Assembly: GCF_009834535.1 (NCBI RefSeq)
Contig: NC_045707.1
Location: 47,308,001-47,372,000 of the forward strand
Length of the DNA: 64,000 nt
Reading direction: 5' to 3'
From: Camelus ferus
Taxonomy: Eukaryota
Positions 37,090-49,599 of the stretch are shown in pieces (position 1 is the stretch's first letter; each line of letters begins with the position of its first letter). The position numbers were made by a program, and so were the translations under genes. Under the pieces are notes generated by a model. It made no database searches. It was given only the letters and a program-made list of their open reading frames with translations, and had not been told where the DNA came from.

Positions 37090-37780
37090 ACAAATACTTA
37101 CTGAATCCACTTTGTGCTAGCCATTATGTGCCATGTGCTGGGAATACACTAATGAACAAGACACTGTGGTCCCATCCCTCAAAGAAGCTTACGTTCTAGT
37201 TGGATGACATAGAGCAAATATCTGTAAGTGTGATGAGTCTTACAAAAGGGGGAACACAGGATATGAGAGGGGAGTTAATCTGGTTTGCAACATCTGTCCT
37301 ATGTACTAAACATTGAAATGGAGATATGAGTAGGCATTAACTTGGGGAAGAGGAGGCATGGAAGAATATTCCAGGTAGAGGGATTGGTATGTGCTCTTGC
37401 ACTGAGATGATATTTTGCTACAATAATCTGGCAAAACCAACCATCCGCACTGTGGCTTAAGACTGTAAACATTTATTTCTCTCACATGGGTCTGCGGATC
37501 AGCTGCAAACCAAATGCAAACACACAAGCCCATTTAAGGTCTTGTGTCATGTTCAGCAACATTTCACTGGCTAAAGCAAGCCGTATGGCCACACCCCAAA
37601 TCAATGCGATAGGGAAACATTTTACCAACAGTCGGTAGTACTTCAAAGTCACATCAACAGGATGTGGGTGAATGATTTAATACAGGAAAAAGTTATGAAC
37701 AGTGATTCAAACAATCACCTCTGGATTTTTCAAGGAACCTGTTGCCAGTGTGGCTACAGTATAATGAGATGGGGAGAGAT
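37090..37780 (-). mobile_element. L2 3' region interrupted by an old MaLR LTR (~37405-37715, minus)
   Basis: AACAAATACTTACTGAATCCACTTTGTGCTAG...ATGAACAAGAC; LTR part GTGGCTTAA...ACATTTATTTCTCTCACATGGGTCTGCGGATCAGCTG...CACTGGCTAAAGCAAGCCGTATGGCC. Confidence 0.7.
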
Positions 37781-39929
37781 ACTCTTCTACCTCGTTGTCC
37801 TCAGGAACATCTTACTCTAGAGATTATATATGTATATATGGAATAAACTCACTCCAAAAGATAGTGACTTATCCAACTTCCACCTGAACTTTATTTCCGA
37901 AAGTTGACTAACACTGAAATACCATGGTCATCCCACAGGACTAACATAGTGCTGATTGAATTAAATGTTCCTCTGTTATGGCCCAGTGCTGTGTTTCTGT
38001 GTGACAGTAGCACATTCAGAAGCTGTGCCTCAGAGGTGATGAAACCAGTATTTGAGCCCCTGAGCAAATAGCTTTAAATTTGGTTGCTACTCATCCTCCT
38101 GGAATGGAGGTCAGCTATTTTATACACAGTGAATAAGACAAACTAGTCATAAAACGTGAGGAAACATCTAATTTGACCACTTTATCCCACGAAACATGAT
38201 ATTCTGTTTGGTCACATCATTTTGATAATGTTACAAGAATAGTTCAGTTTATTTTTACCCCATTGCTGTGCAGATACATTCATTTGCTTTACAAGTGCTA
38301 ATGCCTGAATGAACAGGTGTGGGGACACGAGTTGGCCAAATATAAACTTGTACAGTTCATGTCTTTAACAAGCATGGGCGTTTTTTCCCCCCCTAAAATA
38401 AAATTCATTCAACACAACCAGCCATTGTGTTATTAGCTGTAATGCTGTATTCTGCCAAGGAAAACTGTATTCGTTTCAGTTGAGGCGGTTCCTTATTTTC
38501 CTTTTGCTGATAAGAAGAAATTAAATAGAAATCACTGACTCCATGATAATCCTGTTCAGGAGCTCGAAATGTCCCCTTCATTTGTAAAAGCTCAATTTTA
38601 CAATCTTGGAGATTTAAAATAGAATCTACTGTCTTTCTGACAATACTCATGTCCCATGAAAACAAGATTTTTTTTTTAGCTAGCTCACAGTAAGTTTTGT
38701 TATAAATCATGTGTTGTTTGAAGGGAAATCTGTGGTTCTAATAAATATAATGGATTTGGAACATTTCTTTTCCCTCATTTTGTTCAGTTATGTAAGCCTG
38801 CCTCTTGGTTACATTATTGTACTTTATTACTCAGTTTGCAAAGCTACGTCTATGAAAGGCTACAGTCTTCTGGTTTCCTCTTCTGAGGTACTTTGACGCT
38901 TCCTATTTGAGCACACTTTCATCTTTATGGGCGCTTTCTTGCTCTTTTCTTCTGGCATCCCTTCAAAAGTCAGCGCAATGTGTATATACTAAGTAACAGT
39001 AGCATTTAGAGAGTGTCTCTCACAAATTCCTTAAGTGGAAATGCAAGTAATAGGAAGAATACCCTAATTGTCAGAAACAAATGCGGTCCTAATTGCTTCC
39101 TGATGCTTAGTCTTTTAAAGGGGCTGTGGGAATCCATCTGCTTGTGTGTCTGTCGAGATGTCATTCCATGTTGAGGTATCATTCGGTTTAAGTGGCATTG
39201 ATTTCCACGTGTGAATCACTGGGACTTGATTACAGAGAACTGATAGACCAAACTCAGGCTTAATTCGTGAGTTCTGTTCACAGGTCTGTCATTTCCCAAC
39301 GGGCTGTTTTTGCGCAACTAAGAAATTGACTTACATAGTTTTTCTTCCTGAAAAGTGGAACTAGCACTGTTATTCTTATAGCACTTTTAAATGTTTAAAT
39401 GAGTCCAACCAAATGAAAGTTGTAGCTGCACTGCAATATTAGAAATATCAATTTGGTTAATATTTCTCTCCCAATTTCCCTCTGCCCCACAGAATTGACT
39501 TGTTTACTTAAACTGAACAAACTGACTGAGTGTTTTGCCATTGTATATGTTACAGAGTCCAAACTCGTTCTGCTATCCACAGAACAGGCCAATAAATGTG
39601 GAGACGAGGTGTTGGGACAGGAATAACAAGTTTATTCAGAAAGCCGGCAGACTGAGAAGATGGCAGACTAATGTCTTGGAGAACCATTTTCTCCAAGTCA
39701 GAATTCAGGCTTCTTTTATATAAGAAGGGGAAGGAGTGTGGTTGTTTGTTGCAGGCTTCTTGGTGTAGGAATCTTTTGTTCTTGCAGCTGTTCATGTAGG
39801 TCAGGTCATGGTGCCCCTATAAACCTCCAACAAGACAAGTAGTATTTTCTATTCTACAACTTTTTATCTTTATATGAATGGGAAAGTGTTATACCCTTAA
39901 AGGTCAGAGCTTTAAGAATAGGCTATTCT

Positions 39930-40906
39930 CAGCAGCTCATACGACTCAATAAGAAAAAAGTAAACAACCCAATCCAAAAATGGGCAGAAGACCTAAACAA
40001 GCAATTATCCAAGGAAGACATACAAATGATCAATAGGCACATGAAAAAATGCTCAGTGTCACTAATTATCAGAGAAATGCAAATCAAAACTACGATGAGG
40101 TATCACCTCACACCAGTCAGAATATTTGGCCATCATTCAAAAATCCACAAATGACAAATGCTGGAGAGGCTGTGGAGAAAAGGGAACCCTCCTATACTGC
40201 TGGTGGGAATGCAGTTTGGTGCAGCCACTGTGGAAAACAGTATGGAGATTCCTCAAAAGACTAGGAATAGACTTACCATATGACCCAAGAATCCCGCTCC
40301 TCGGCATATATCCAGAAGGAACCCTACTTCAGGATGACACCTGCACCCCAGTGTTCACAGCAGCATTATTTACAATAGCGAAGACATGGAAACAGCCTAA
40401 ATGTCCATCAACAGATGACTGGATAAAGAAGATGTGGTATATTTATACAATGGAATACTACTCAGCCATTAAAACCAGCAACATAATGCCATTTGCAGCA
40501 ACACAGATGGACCTGGAGATTGTCATTCTAAGTGAAGTAAGCCAGAAAGAGAAAGAAAAATACCATATGAGATCGTTCATTTATGGAATCTAAAAAAAAA
40601 CCAAACAAAGCATAAATGAAAAAAAAAAATAGACTCACAGACATAGAATATAAACTTGTGGTTGCCAAGGGGGCAGAGGGTGGGAAGGGATAGACTGGGA
40701 TTTCAAAATTGTAGAATAGATAAACAAGATTATACTGTATAGCACAGGGAAATATATACAAGATATTATGGTAGCTCACAGACAAAAAAAATGTGACAAT
40801 GAATATATACATGTTCACGTATAACTGAAAAATTGTGCTCTACACTGGAATTTGACACAACATTGTAAAATGATTATAAATCAATTAAAAATGTTTTAAA
40901 AAAAAA
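39930..40906 (+). mobile_element. Young camelid LINE-1, 5'-truncated (~1 kb)
   Basis: ORF2 end, 3' UTR and poly(A); 16-bp TSD AAGAATAGGCTATTCT (39914-39929)/AAGAATAGTCTATTCT (40907-40922) at a TT/AAGA endonuclease-type site. Confidence 0.95.
40126..40593 (+). pseudogene. L1 ORF2p C-terminal (cysteine-rich) domain remnant, open for 155 codons
   Basis: [34 protein letters not shown]...[33 protein letters not shown]. Confidence 0.92.
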
Positions 40907-41559
40907 AAGAATAGTCTATTCTGTATATTTCAGGCTACAGGCAACATTCTTTTACAAAAGGTGCAGAATCAACATGACTAAGCATAGGAAATAGAGCACA
41001 AGGTTAGAGCCAAAGGAACAGATGTAATAGGGAGTCAGATTTATTCTTTCCTATTACATATAGACCCCAAATCTTAATAGAATTACAACCTCAATTGATA
41101 CAAATGTATGGTTCTTAAACCTTTAAAAAATTTAAAATCTTTAACATCAGCTGATACAGCTTTCATTAAAAATGATAGGATTATATCATGTCATCTTTTG
41201 CAGGATGGTATGAGACTTAAATAAAAATTTACTTTGCATATTACTGAATTAAATCATATGATTTTACATATTTTGACTTGATGTAAGTTAGCCTGCTATA
41301 GTGAAAGAACTTGAAGTTTAAAAGATCTGAATATGAACTTTGTTTTTTTCTAGTTATGTGATCCCCCAAAACCCACCTATACTGAGTCTTATCCATAAAA
41401 TGGGCCAATACTTACTCTCCCTACCTCCTTAAGATGCTTGTAAAATTCACAGTGTGATAGGTATAGGCACTGTTTGAAAACTGTGAAGAACCATACAGTG
41501 CGACTTTAAAAGAAACTTTAGGCTTGTTTTGCTTTCACTGTTACTGTTTAGTAACAGTT

Positions 41560-42545
41560 AAGTGTTACTTGTTTTATGCATTGGAGTTTCTGGCCAATAC
41601 ACGAAGAGAAGAAAAAAAGGAAAAGGAGATATAAAGGTTTTGATGAGCAGATTTAATCAACAAACTAAAAGAAAGGACTTCAGCCAGGATGGTGAACATC
41701 TGACCAGTTTCTTAAAGTTATTAGTGTTTATCAACTTTGGCAAAATCATCTAGAAAATACAATAGAAAATAAGATACCATTCTCAAACTATTAAGTATGT
41801 AGGAAATAATCTAGCAAAGACTTTTCTGAGAACATTTTAAAACTCAATTACACATTTTAAAAGAAGAGCTGAAAAGATGGAAAGATATACAATGTCTTTG
41901 ACATATAAATACATATGTATTGTTTCCCTTAAAATTCCTATAAATTTTATAGAAATTCCTATAAATTCCTAAAAATTTCTCTTAAAATGACTTATAAGTT
42001 AAAGGTCAAAATTATGGGAAGGTTTTTTTGAGAACCTCAATATACTCATTTTAAGTGTACATAAAGGAATAGAGTTTCATGATACCTAACTCAGTTTTGA
42101 AAAGGAAGAGCAAAAAGGAGGGGTTCACCCTCCCAGATAAAACCAGTGTGGTGCAGAGACAGACCCAGGTCTACATAGGGGTCTATGGGGATAAACACGG
42201 TACCATAAATCAGTGGGGAAAGGATAAATTGCCACTAGTTGGTAGTGAGGAAACAGCTCATTATATGAAGAAAACTAGATTGGTTTACCAACTCACGCAT
42301 ATACAAAGGAGAAATTCAGTGTGAAAGTAAAATTATAAAGTTACTAGAAGAAGATACTGGAGGTGTTAAGGAAAATCCTCAAAATTCAAGCTATACATTG
42401 AAAATTTAATAGATTTGACTACTTAAAAAATTAAGAATTTCTATTGGAGAACAGCCACAATAAGCAAAGTTTAAAAAGTGACAGAATGAGAAAAGATTTG
42501 TAATACCTAAAATTTACAAGAGATAAATATCTAGAAGATAGTGAA
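41560..42545 (+). mobile_element. Highly degraded ancient L1 ORF2 fragment
   Basis: GGAGTTTCTGGCCAATAC, AAGATACCATT, ATGGAAAGATATAC, AAATCAGTGGGGAAAGGATAAATTG and AATAGATTTGACTACTTAAAAAATTAAGAATTTCT are L1 landmarks. Confidence 0.65.
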
Positions 42546-43819
42546 TAAGCCTCAGTTTCCTCATTTTAAAAATGGGGATAATAATGAAAGTGAAGTGCTC
42601 AGAGCAGAGCCTGGCATACAGTTAATGCTCACTGTTTGCTGTTACTAGTTTATCTGTTTTTATCCTCTGTGACAAAACACATTTTGTGGTGAGCCTGAAT
42701 TTCCAGTTTCTGCATAGTTTTATGTTGCTAGCTTATGGAGTTACAGAGAAATGTTGGTGCAAGTATCTAGCCAGTCTCGCTATCATCCACAATCCTACTT
42801 GACACATATTCCTGGATTAGCCAATGGTTAAAGGAAAATTAGGGAGAATATTATGCGTAGCTCCATGACACAGAGGTGAGCAAAACAATACGTGCACCAC
42901 TGTAGCTGTGGAACCAGCTGCCAAGGACACCTGCCAGGTGATGCAGCAAGAAGAGTATGCTTCATGGCTTGAGGTGTGGATCTTGTGACTGTCATATTCC
43001 ATCCTGCTTGAGGCTGTGTCCAGAGGATGGAGAGACTAGGTGAAGCAGCTCCCTACTCCTTAGCTCTTTGCACAGGTGTCTTTTATGACTGTGGTCTTTG
43101 GGAGGGCCACATGGGCCAGCCCTCTCCTGCTAGGTTTCCTGGGGACTCTCCTACCCAGGTGGCCAGCTGGCCACAAAGAGATGGTTTTGCTCACTGCTAA
43201 CCAAATCTGCTTTGTCTTTTTCTGCTTTATGACCTCAGCTTCAGGGAAGGCCTTGGCTCCTCACGTATGGCCCAAAACATGGGTGATGACACTCAGGGCA
43301 GAAGGCAGTGAGCTGCACTCAGTTGCAGTGACCTGAGCTGGGTCCACCCCTTGGGCTTGGGAGAGGATAAAGCTTCCTTCTGAAAAGGAAGGAAGGGAAA
43401 CTAATGATAACCAGGCACTGTTCCACACACTGTCTCCTTCACTTTCCTGCAAACCTGTAGAATAACACCTTATCTCCATTTTACAGATGTGAAAACTATA
43501 GCTCAGAGAGGGAAAACTGCCCAGCTTGTAAGCAACCCCCTGGGATTTGAACCCTAGGTCTGTTTGACTCTAAGACCCACCGGTGATTATTTTGTTTGCT
43601 TTCTTATTCTCTGCACTATTCTCTGTATCTACGGACTCGGATTGGGGTGGTTGGGAGTAGGATAGATCTATGGCTGGTGAATTCCAAGTAAGAATGCTTG
43701 GCCAGTCCCATCCGTGTCTGATCTTGGCCAGCAGTTTAGTTAGGTTATAGAGAGCTAATTACACTTCCCAGTGTTGCGTCTGAACATGTGCCCCTGTGGT
43801 CAGCTGGTTTTAGATGTGA

Positions 43820-43886
43820 CTTTGATTTCTTGGCAGAAACAGTGTTCCTATGGCTTTGATTTCTCAGCGGAAACAGTGTTCCTATG
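43820..43886. repeat. 34-bp tandem duplication
   Basis: CTTTGATTTCTTGGCAGAAACAGTGTTCCTATG / CTTTGATTTCTCAGCGGAAACAGTGTTCCTATG (3 mismatches). Confidence 0.9.
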
Positions 43887-44341
43887 AAATAACGTCATTC
43901 TTAAAGTGTTGTGCTTTGTTTGTCATTCAGAGAAGCCCACACTTGGAGGAGACATGCTATACTCCATGGATGGATTCTCCGCAAAGGAAGGAAACAAGTG
44001 TTTGCTCCCAGGTGGAACTTCATTTCTCTGTGCTTTTAGGATCTGACAGGTGCTTTGAAGAATGGGCTTCATTAGCCGTTAGCAGAGATGTCTCTTGTCC
44101 TGACATCTGCAACTAACTTTTCTTTGTGCTTGAGAGATTATATGTGTTTTGTACTGTGCTGTTTGGAGGTCAGCAGGATAGCCAGAGCCACATGTTCTTG
44201 CCCCTGTCCCTAAGGCCCAAGGCAAAGACTAATAACGATAATAATCATTATAGTAAGAATCACAAACCATTCGTTGTGGATTTGCTATGTGCTGGGAAAT
44301 GTCGTAAGTTCATTTTATGGTCACAACAACCCACTGAGGTT

Positions 44342-44828
44342 CAGGCATAGCTCAGAGATATTTCAGATTTGGTTCCAGATCACCACATTAAAGCAAATAT
44401 TGCAATAAACTGAGTCACATGAATTTTGGGGTTTCCCAGTGCATTGAAAAATTATGTTTATTCTATACTGTAGTCTATTGAGTGTGCAACAGCATTATGC
44501 CTAAAAAAAAGTACATACTTTAATTTAAAAATATGTTGTTGTTAAAAATGCTAACCATCATCTGAGCCTTCAGCTTGTCACAGTAGTAACATCCAAGATC
44601 AATATAACAAATTTAATAATAATAAAAAAGTTTGAAATATTGTGAGAATCACCAAAGATGTAACACAGAGACACGAAGTGAGCAAATACTGTTGGACACT
44701 GATGGACTGATGACACTGATAGACTTGCTTGTTGCAGGGTAAAAAAATCTTTTGCAAATCTTCAATTTGCAAAAAATGCAATATATAAGTACAATAATGT
44801 GAAGCCCAATAAAAATGAGGTATACCTG
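44342..44828 (+). mobile_element. Tigger2a-like non-autonomous DNA transposon
   Basis: TIRs CAGGCATAGCTC ... GAGGTATACCTG then TA; internal GGTTCCAGATCACCACATTAAAGCAAATATTGCAATAAA and ACAGAGACACGAAGTGAGCA. Confidence 0.9.
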
Positions 44829-44834
44829 TATGTA

Positions 44835-45300
44835 TTATTTAGGATTGGTTTGACTGTAAGTAACAGATCAGTTTCAATGGTTTAACCGAATGAGGGATTT
44901 GTTTTCCTCATGGGATATGAAGTCTAGCAGTATACGTTAGGGGGAGTGTGGGGGCTCCATGAGCCCAGGATCCTTCTCTGGGGGCTTTCTTCCTCATGTT
45001 TGCAACATGGCTGTTTTACTTCATGCATCACAACTGATTTTTAGACAGAAAGAAGGAAGAAGGGTAAATGCTAAGTGGCAAAAAAACTAAAATGGTGCCT
45101 ATAAGCTGAATATGCCCTCCTAACAAGCTTTCTCTGAAACCTCAGCTGGCACCTCCAGTTGCACCTCATTGTCCGGAACTGTGTTGCTTGCCCATGCCTA
45201 GCTGCAAGGGAGTCTGGCAATCTAAGAGTGTATCAGTGAGCTCCTTGGCTAGGAAGGAAGAAAAGAGGAATGGGTATTAGCTAGGTAACCATCAGTGCCT
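44835..45300 (-). mobile_element. MaLR solo LTR (MLT1J/K-like); with the Tigger2a it splits a MIR (~44230-44341 and ~45310-45450)
   Basis: TTTGACTGTAAGTAACAGA...TTTGCAACATGGCTG...CTCATTGTCCGGAACTGTG...CCTAGCTGCAAGGGAGTCTGG. Confidence 0.75.
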
Positions 45301-45840
45301 GGCTTATGTAGTTAATATTTGTTCAAAATTTATAAACACACAAAAGTGAAATTAGAGAAGTTAAGTCACTTAGCTAGAGAGTGACAGAGCCCAGGCCCAA
45401 ATTCAGTTATATTTGAATCTGAAACCACATTCCTAAAAGCTCTGCTAAAATTTGTTCCTTGTTCTTGAGGGTATTTGGGCTGGAGAACAGAGGACTTTAA
45501 GGGGCTCTCTTATGGAACAGGAAGGAAGATTGACTTGTCAGCTTCTTGAAAATAGTGTGAAGATTAACACATGAACAATATGAAAAGGCAGATTGTGGCA
45601 CAAAGTGAGGAAGTGATTTCTAACAATTAGTAATTAACTGTTTTATGGGCTGGGTAGCAAACTCTTGTTTGTATGGAGATTAGATTACCTATCAGAGGAG
45701 ACCCCTTAACTGACGGGAGTTTGGGTCTATCATGAGTTCAAGTTCCTGGGTCTAGGAAACTGAAGTGGCTGAGATAGAACAGTCACGATTAGAGGGAGCC
45801 TTTGGATTAAGCAGAAAAACCTCCTAATTTGTCAGAGCTA

Positions 45841-45974
45841 AGAGTAACCATACAATTAATTTTGATCCAACCTGAAGCATTTTTAGAGTAAAAGGGAGAT
45901 TTATCAGTAATTACACTGGGACAAAAGGCATATACCAGGATCATCACAGACCAACTAGAACTTGTGGCTACCCT
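45841..45974 (+). mobile_element. MER94 hAT-Blackjack MITE
   Basis: TIRs AGAGTAACCATA ... TGTGGCTACCCT; internal GAGTAAAAGGG...TAATTACACTGGGACAAAAGGC; 134 bp. Confidence 0.75.
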
Positions 45975-47073
45975 AAGCGTAGCCTTCTGATGAGAAAAAG
46001 GAATGGAGAAGCCTTGACTTCATAGGTGGAGGCAGCTAGAGGAAAGGTCAGAAAGCATAGACACCCCCAAGCCAGGTCCTACTTATCTTCTAAGAGGCCC
46101 TTCTTTATCTGTGATGGAGTTTGGTGATAAATTTGAAATCTGATGGGCAGGAACAATGTGTGACATTAAAACATGTACCTGACACAGACCCTTGTACCTG
46201 AGTCTCCTCTGTCATGACTAATTTTTAAGAGACACTGAGGTTGAGTAATGCTGTCCCCCTCCCTGAGTCATGAACCTGGCCCATTCTAGGCTGGGGAGGA
46301 AACTGGATTTCACATCTCCCCAAACCCTTCTCAGCCTTTACGAACTGCCTTTCTGGTTAGCTCAGTGATCTTGGGCAAGTCACAACCTCTCTCTGGGGTT
46401 TGATTTTTCCTTTAGTGGAAATAAAATGACAATAATTGTTACCCAAGAGAAAAAAATATGATTCAAGATTTTCCAGTGAAAGATGCCACATGGAGCCAAG
46501 TGATATTATTATTTTTATGACAGTTATTAGTAGAGCTGCTTTTTGTCCCATCCCCTGTCATTAAGCCACTGAGCACGGAATAAACACAGGTTCAGCCAGT
46601 GGCTGGTATTCAGTGATGTTGGCACTGGAGATGAAGGGAAGGAATTTCTCTCTGGTTTGTGTTTTGGTATTAACCTCCTCATGCCTGGATTTCAGTGTCT
46701 ACTAGTGTGGAAACTGGAGACCAGTGGGAGCTAGTGCTTTGATAGCAGAGGCAACCTATTCAGGAAACCTTTTAATAATGAGGCTATTAATATATTGTCT
46801 TCAGCACTTCCTCAATTCCTTTCTTCAATAGACATCAGTTGTCTCTGTGTGCCAAGTTCTCTTTCCTGAGCATACAACAAGGTGCATAATGACAAACATT
46901 AAGCTCTCTGATGTTTGTTGAATCAAAGAATTTATCAGAGATGTAAGGTTTGGAGAGCTGCCCTTCTACTGCAGTTTTACACCTCTCTTACCTATTCTGA
47001 TGCCTGAGAAACATTTCTAAATGCAAAACTGCTTTTGTTACCTGCTTCTTAAAGAGTCAAGACCAAATTTCTT

Positions 47074-47304
47074 TTTTTTTAAATTGAGGTATAGTTGATT
47101 TACAATATTATAGTAATTTCATGTGTACAACATAGTGATTCAAAACTTTTATAGATTATACTCCATTTAAAGTGATAAAACATTGGCTATATTCCCTGTG
47201 CTGTACAATATATCCTTGTGGCTTATTTATCTTATACATAGTAGTTTATTCCTCTTAATCTGCCACCCCCACCTTGCCCTCCCCACTCCCCTCTCCCCAC
47301 CAGT
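47074..47304 (-). mobile_element. Artiodactyl L1 3' UTR fragment inserted in an L2 (~46985-47990)
   Basis: AATTGAGGTATAGTTGATTTACAATATT...GGCTATATTCCCTGTGCTGTACAATATATCCTTG; perfect 12-bp TSD ACCAAATTTCTT (47062-47073 and 47305-47316). Confidence 0.92.
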
Positions 47305-47405
47305 ACCAAATTTCTTATTATGGCCTAGAAGAACCTTCAGTATTTGGTCCCTTCTCCCCTTTCTGTCTCATCTTTCACTGAGCCTCTTTTAGGACCACCA
47401 AGATC

Positions 47406-47630
47406 CAGTAGTTGGGACAATCCTGCAGGCCCTTGAACATACAGTAAATATATTAGGTTTTGTGGATCTTGTGGTCTCTGTTGCAACCACTCGGTACTGC
47501 TATTATAGCATGAAAGCAGCCACAGACAAAATGTAAATGAATGGGCATGGCTGTGTCCAAATAAAACTTTATTTACAAAAACAGGCAGTAGGCTAGGTTT
47601 GGTCCATGGGCTCTAGTTTGCTGGTCTCTG
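47406..47630 (+). mobile_element. MER58A (hAT-Charlie)
   Basis: AGTAAATATATTAGGTTTTGTGG...GTCTCTGTTGCAACCACTC...ATGAATGGGCATGGCTGTGTCCAAATAAAACTTTATTTACAAAAACAGGC. Confidence 0.9.
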
Positions 47631-49599
47631 CTTTAGATCTTAGCTCACGCTATGCTCTTTCACTCCCTGTGTTAAAGGCCTCTTCCTCCTCCATTTATCT
47701 GGCCATTACCTGTTTAATTGTCACCCCAAGCCTAAGGCATTTCTCTACTACCCTGGGTAGAACTGGCCACTCACACCACTGTATTCTGTACATACCACCT
47801 GCTTATCTGTGTCTTCTCCCCTTACTTGATTATAAACTTTATTCCTTCATTCATGCCTTTATTGATTCATTGATTTACCAATGTTTAATGAGTGCCCGCT
47901 ATGGGGCGGAGTTGATGACTTTTTACTCTTTGTACAGCACCTAGGCAAAAGCCTAGCACATAAAACATGACTAATACATGCTTGAAATAAAAGGAGATAG
48001 AAAATAAAGAAGTCCACTGCCAAAGATGTGTCTTTGGTATAAATGCCTAAAAATGGGGAATTGTCTATTGGTTTTGAGACCTTTCCATCGTGCTGAAGGA
48101 TTCAGCTAGTTGGTTGCATTTGGAGCTTTCTTTTCAAGGTTTCTGTAGCCTGGTCTGCAATAGTTTTGTGGCTCCCACCTGTTGTCTATCCTCAATCCCT
48201 TTCCTGAGTCCCAGGGTCCTGCCTTCTGTTGACCCTATATAGCAGGATCGAGAACAGCAGCACCAACTTCCAAACTCCTTCACAGGCAGGACTCATGTGG
48301 GTTTGAAGTTTACCAACAAAGGGTCAACATAGTGCAGTGGCTTCTTACTTTCATTTTAAATAGAAGATCTGTTTTTTCCATTGCTACCTGAACGAGCCAG
48401 GCTATCTGGACTAAGAAACTGAAGCAGCTCACAGCATGGGAATATTGGAATTGTTTCCTTGCAGAGTCTAAATCGAATTTTTTTTTCATCCACAGTCTCT
48501 GACTCTTTAAGAGTGATCCTGAGCTATATGCAGAAATGAAGCTCCTTGGTTACTCATATTACAGTAGTTATTTCTTGGATCCTTGGAGTCCAAAATATTT
48601 GAAGTAGGGCAAAAGCCATTTCCTTAAATTTACAACCCACTCTAAATGTAAGCAGAACATTTATGTAATTGGTTGTCACCAGTGGAGCCAAAATAACTTA
48701 ATTCAGTTCAACCTGGTCAGATGTAGATTTTCAGTGGTCAGAAGGTTATGTATCTGTGGTCAGAGGCAGAGAAAAGAAAGTGGTTACAGTTGGTGACAAA
48801 ACAAACACAAAACCTCCACATGTCTCTCATGTTACAAGAGCACATAGGAAAGGAGCCCCAAATGGGGATTATAGCACAGAGCACGTGTTGGGTAAACACT
48901 AGAGAAACTGGAAAGAATGTTCTGGGTCTCGTCACCACTTTTTTTTTTTTTTAAATACAAGAGAACAGGAAGGGGCATAGCAGCTGAACAGGGTACAAGA
49001 TTCTTATTCATGAAACTCACTCCCACAGGTAATAGAAAATTAAATAAATCAAAGTCCCATTCTGATAGGGCTCTTTTCACGGATGCATCCGTAATTTGCC
49101 TAAACTGACATTTTAAGACTGATTACTTTTGTGAGGAAACAATGGTGAGAAGAAATGATGTGCCTGGTATTTTAGAGGAGGAAGGGAGGGGGCAGGGTCA
49201 TAAACTGACCTTTGGTTACAAAAGAAAAATAAAGCAGTGTTGCAAATGACCAGGGCCACAAAGGATAGTAAACACAGCAAGGGCACAGTGGAGAACGTGT
49301 GGTATTCGTGAGCTAACCTCATTGCAACACTCACGCAATGTGGTGGTAAGAAACTTCTGGCAAGTTCCTCCTTTAGTGAGTTGTTGTCAAAGTGTATTTT
49401 GAATGGATTCATAATAATGTCTGTGTGTGTGTGTGTTTAGGTGGACAAGACATTGGCAGACAAGTTTCATAAATAAATATGCTTCTTGCTTGAGATATTA
49501 AAGTTTAAAATAAAATACAGTCTTCACTTTTGTTTCTGGCGTGAACAAATACTTTACTTTCGGCAGTTCTCATCAAAACTTGAGTGTCACCATTTGATG

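Larger units (their letters stand above)
39548..41058 (-). mobile_element. ERV1-class solo LTR (MER41-like, ungulate type), interrupted by an L1
   Basis: TGTTA...TTACA termini; 4-bp TSD TATA (39544-39547 and 41059-41062); minus-strand TATA box (CTTTTATATA 39713-39722) and AATAAA (TTTATT 39631-39636). Confidence 0.85.

Noticed and set aside
47820..47990. Opposed L2 3' ends as a miR-28/miR-95-type hairpin (similar arrangement at 50840-51095)
   Set aside because: The tails are not joined tail-to-tail and I see no ~30-bp stem.
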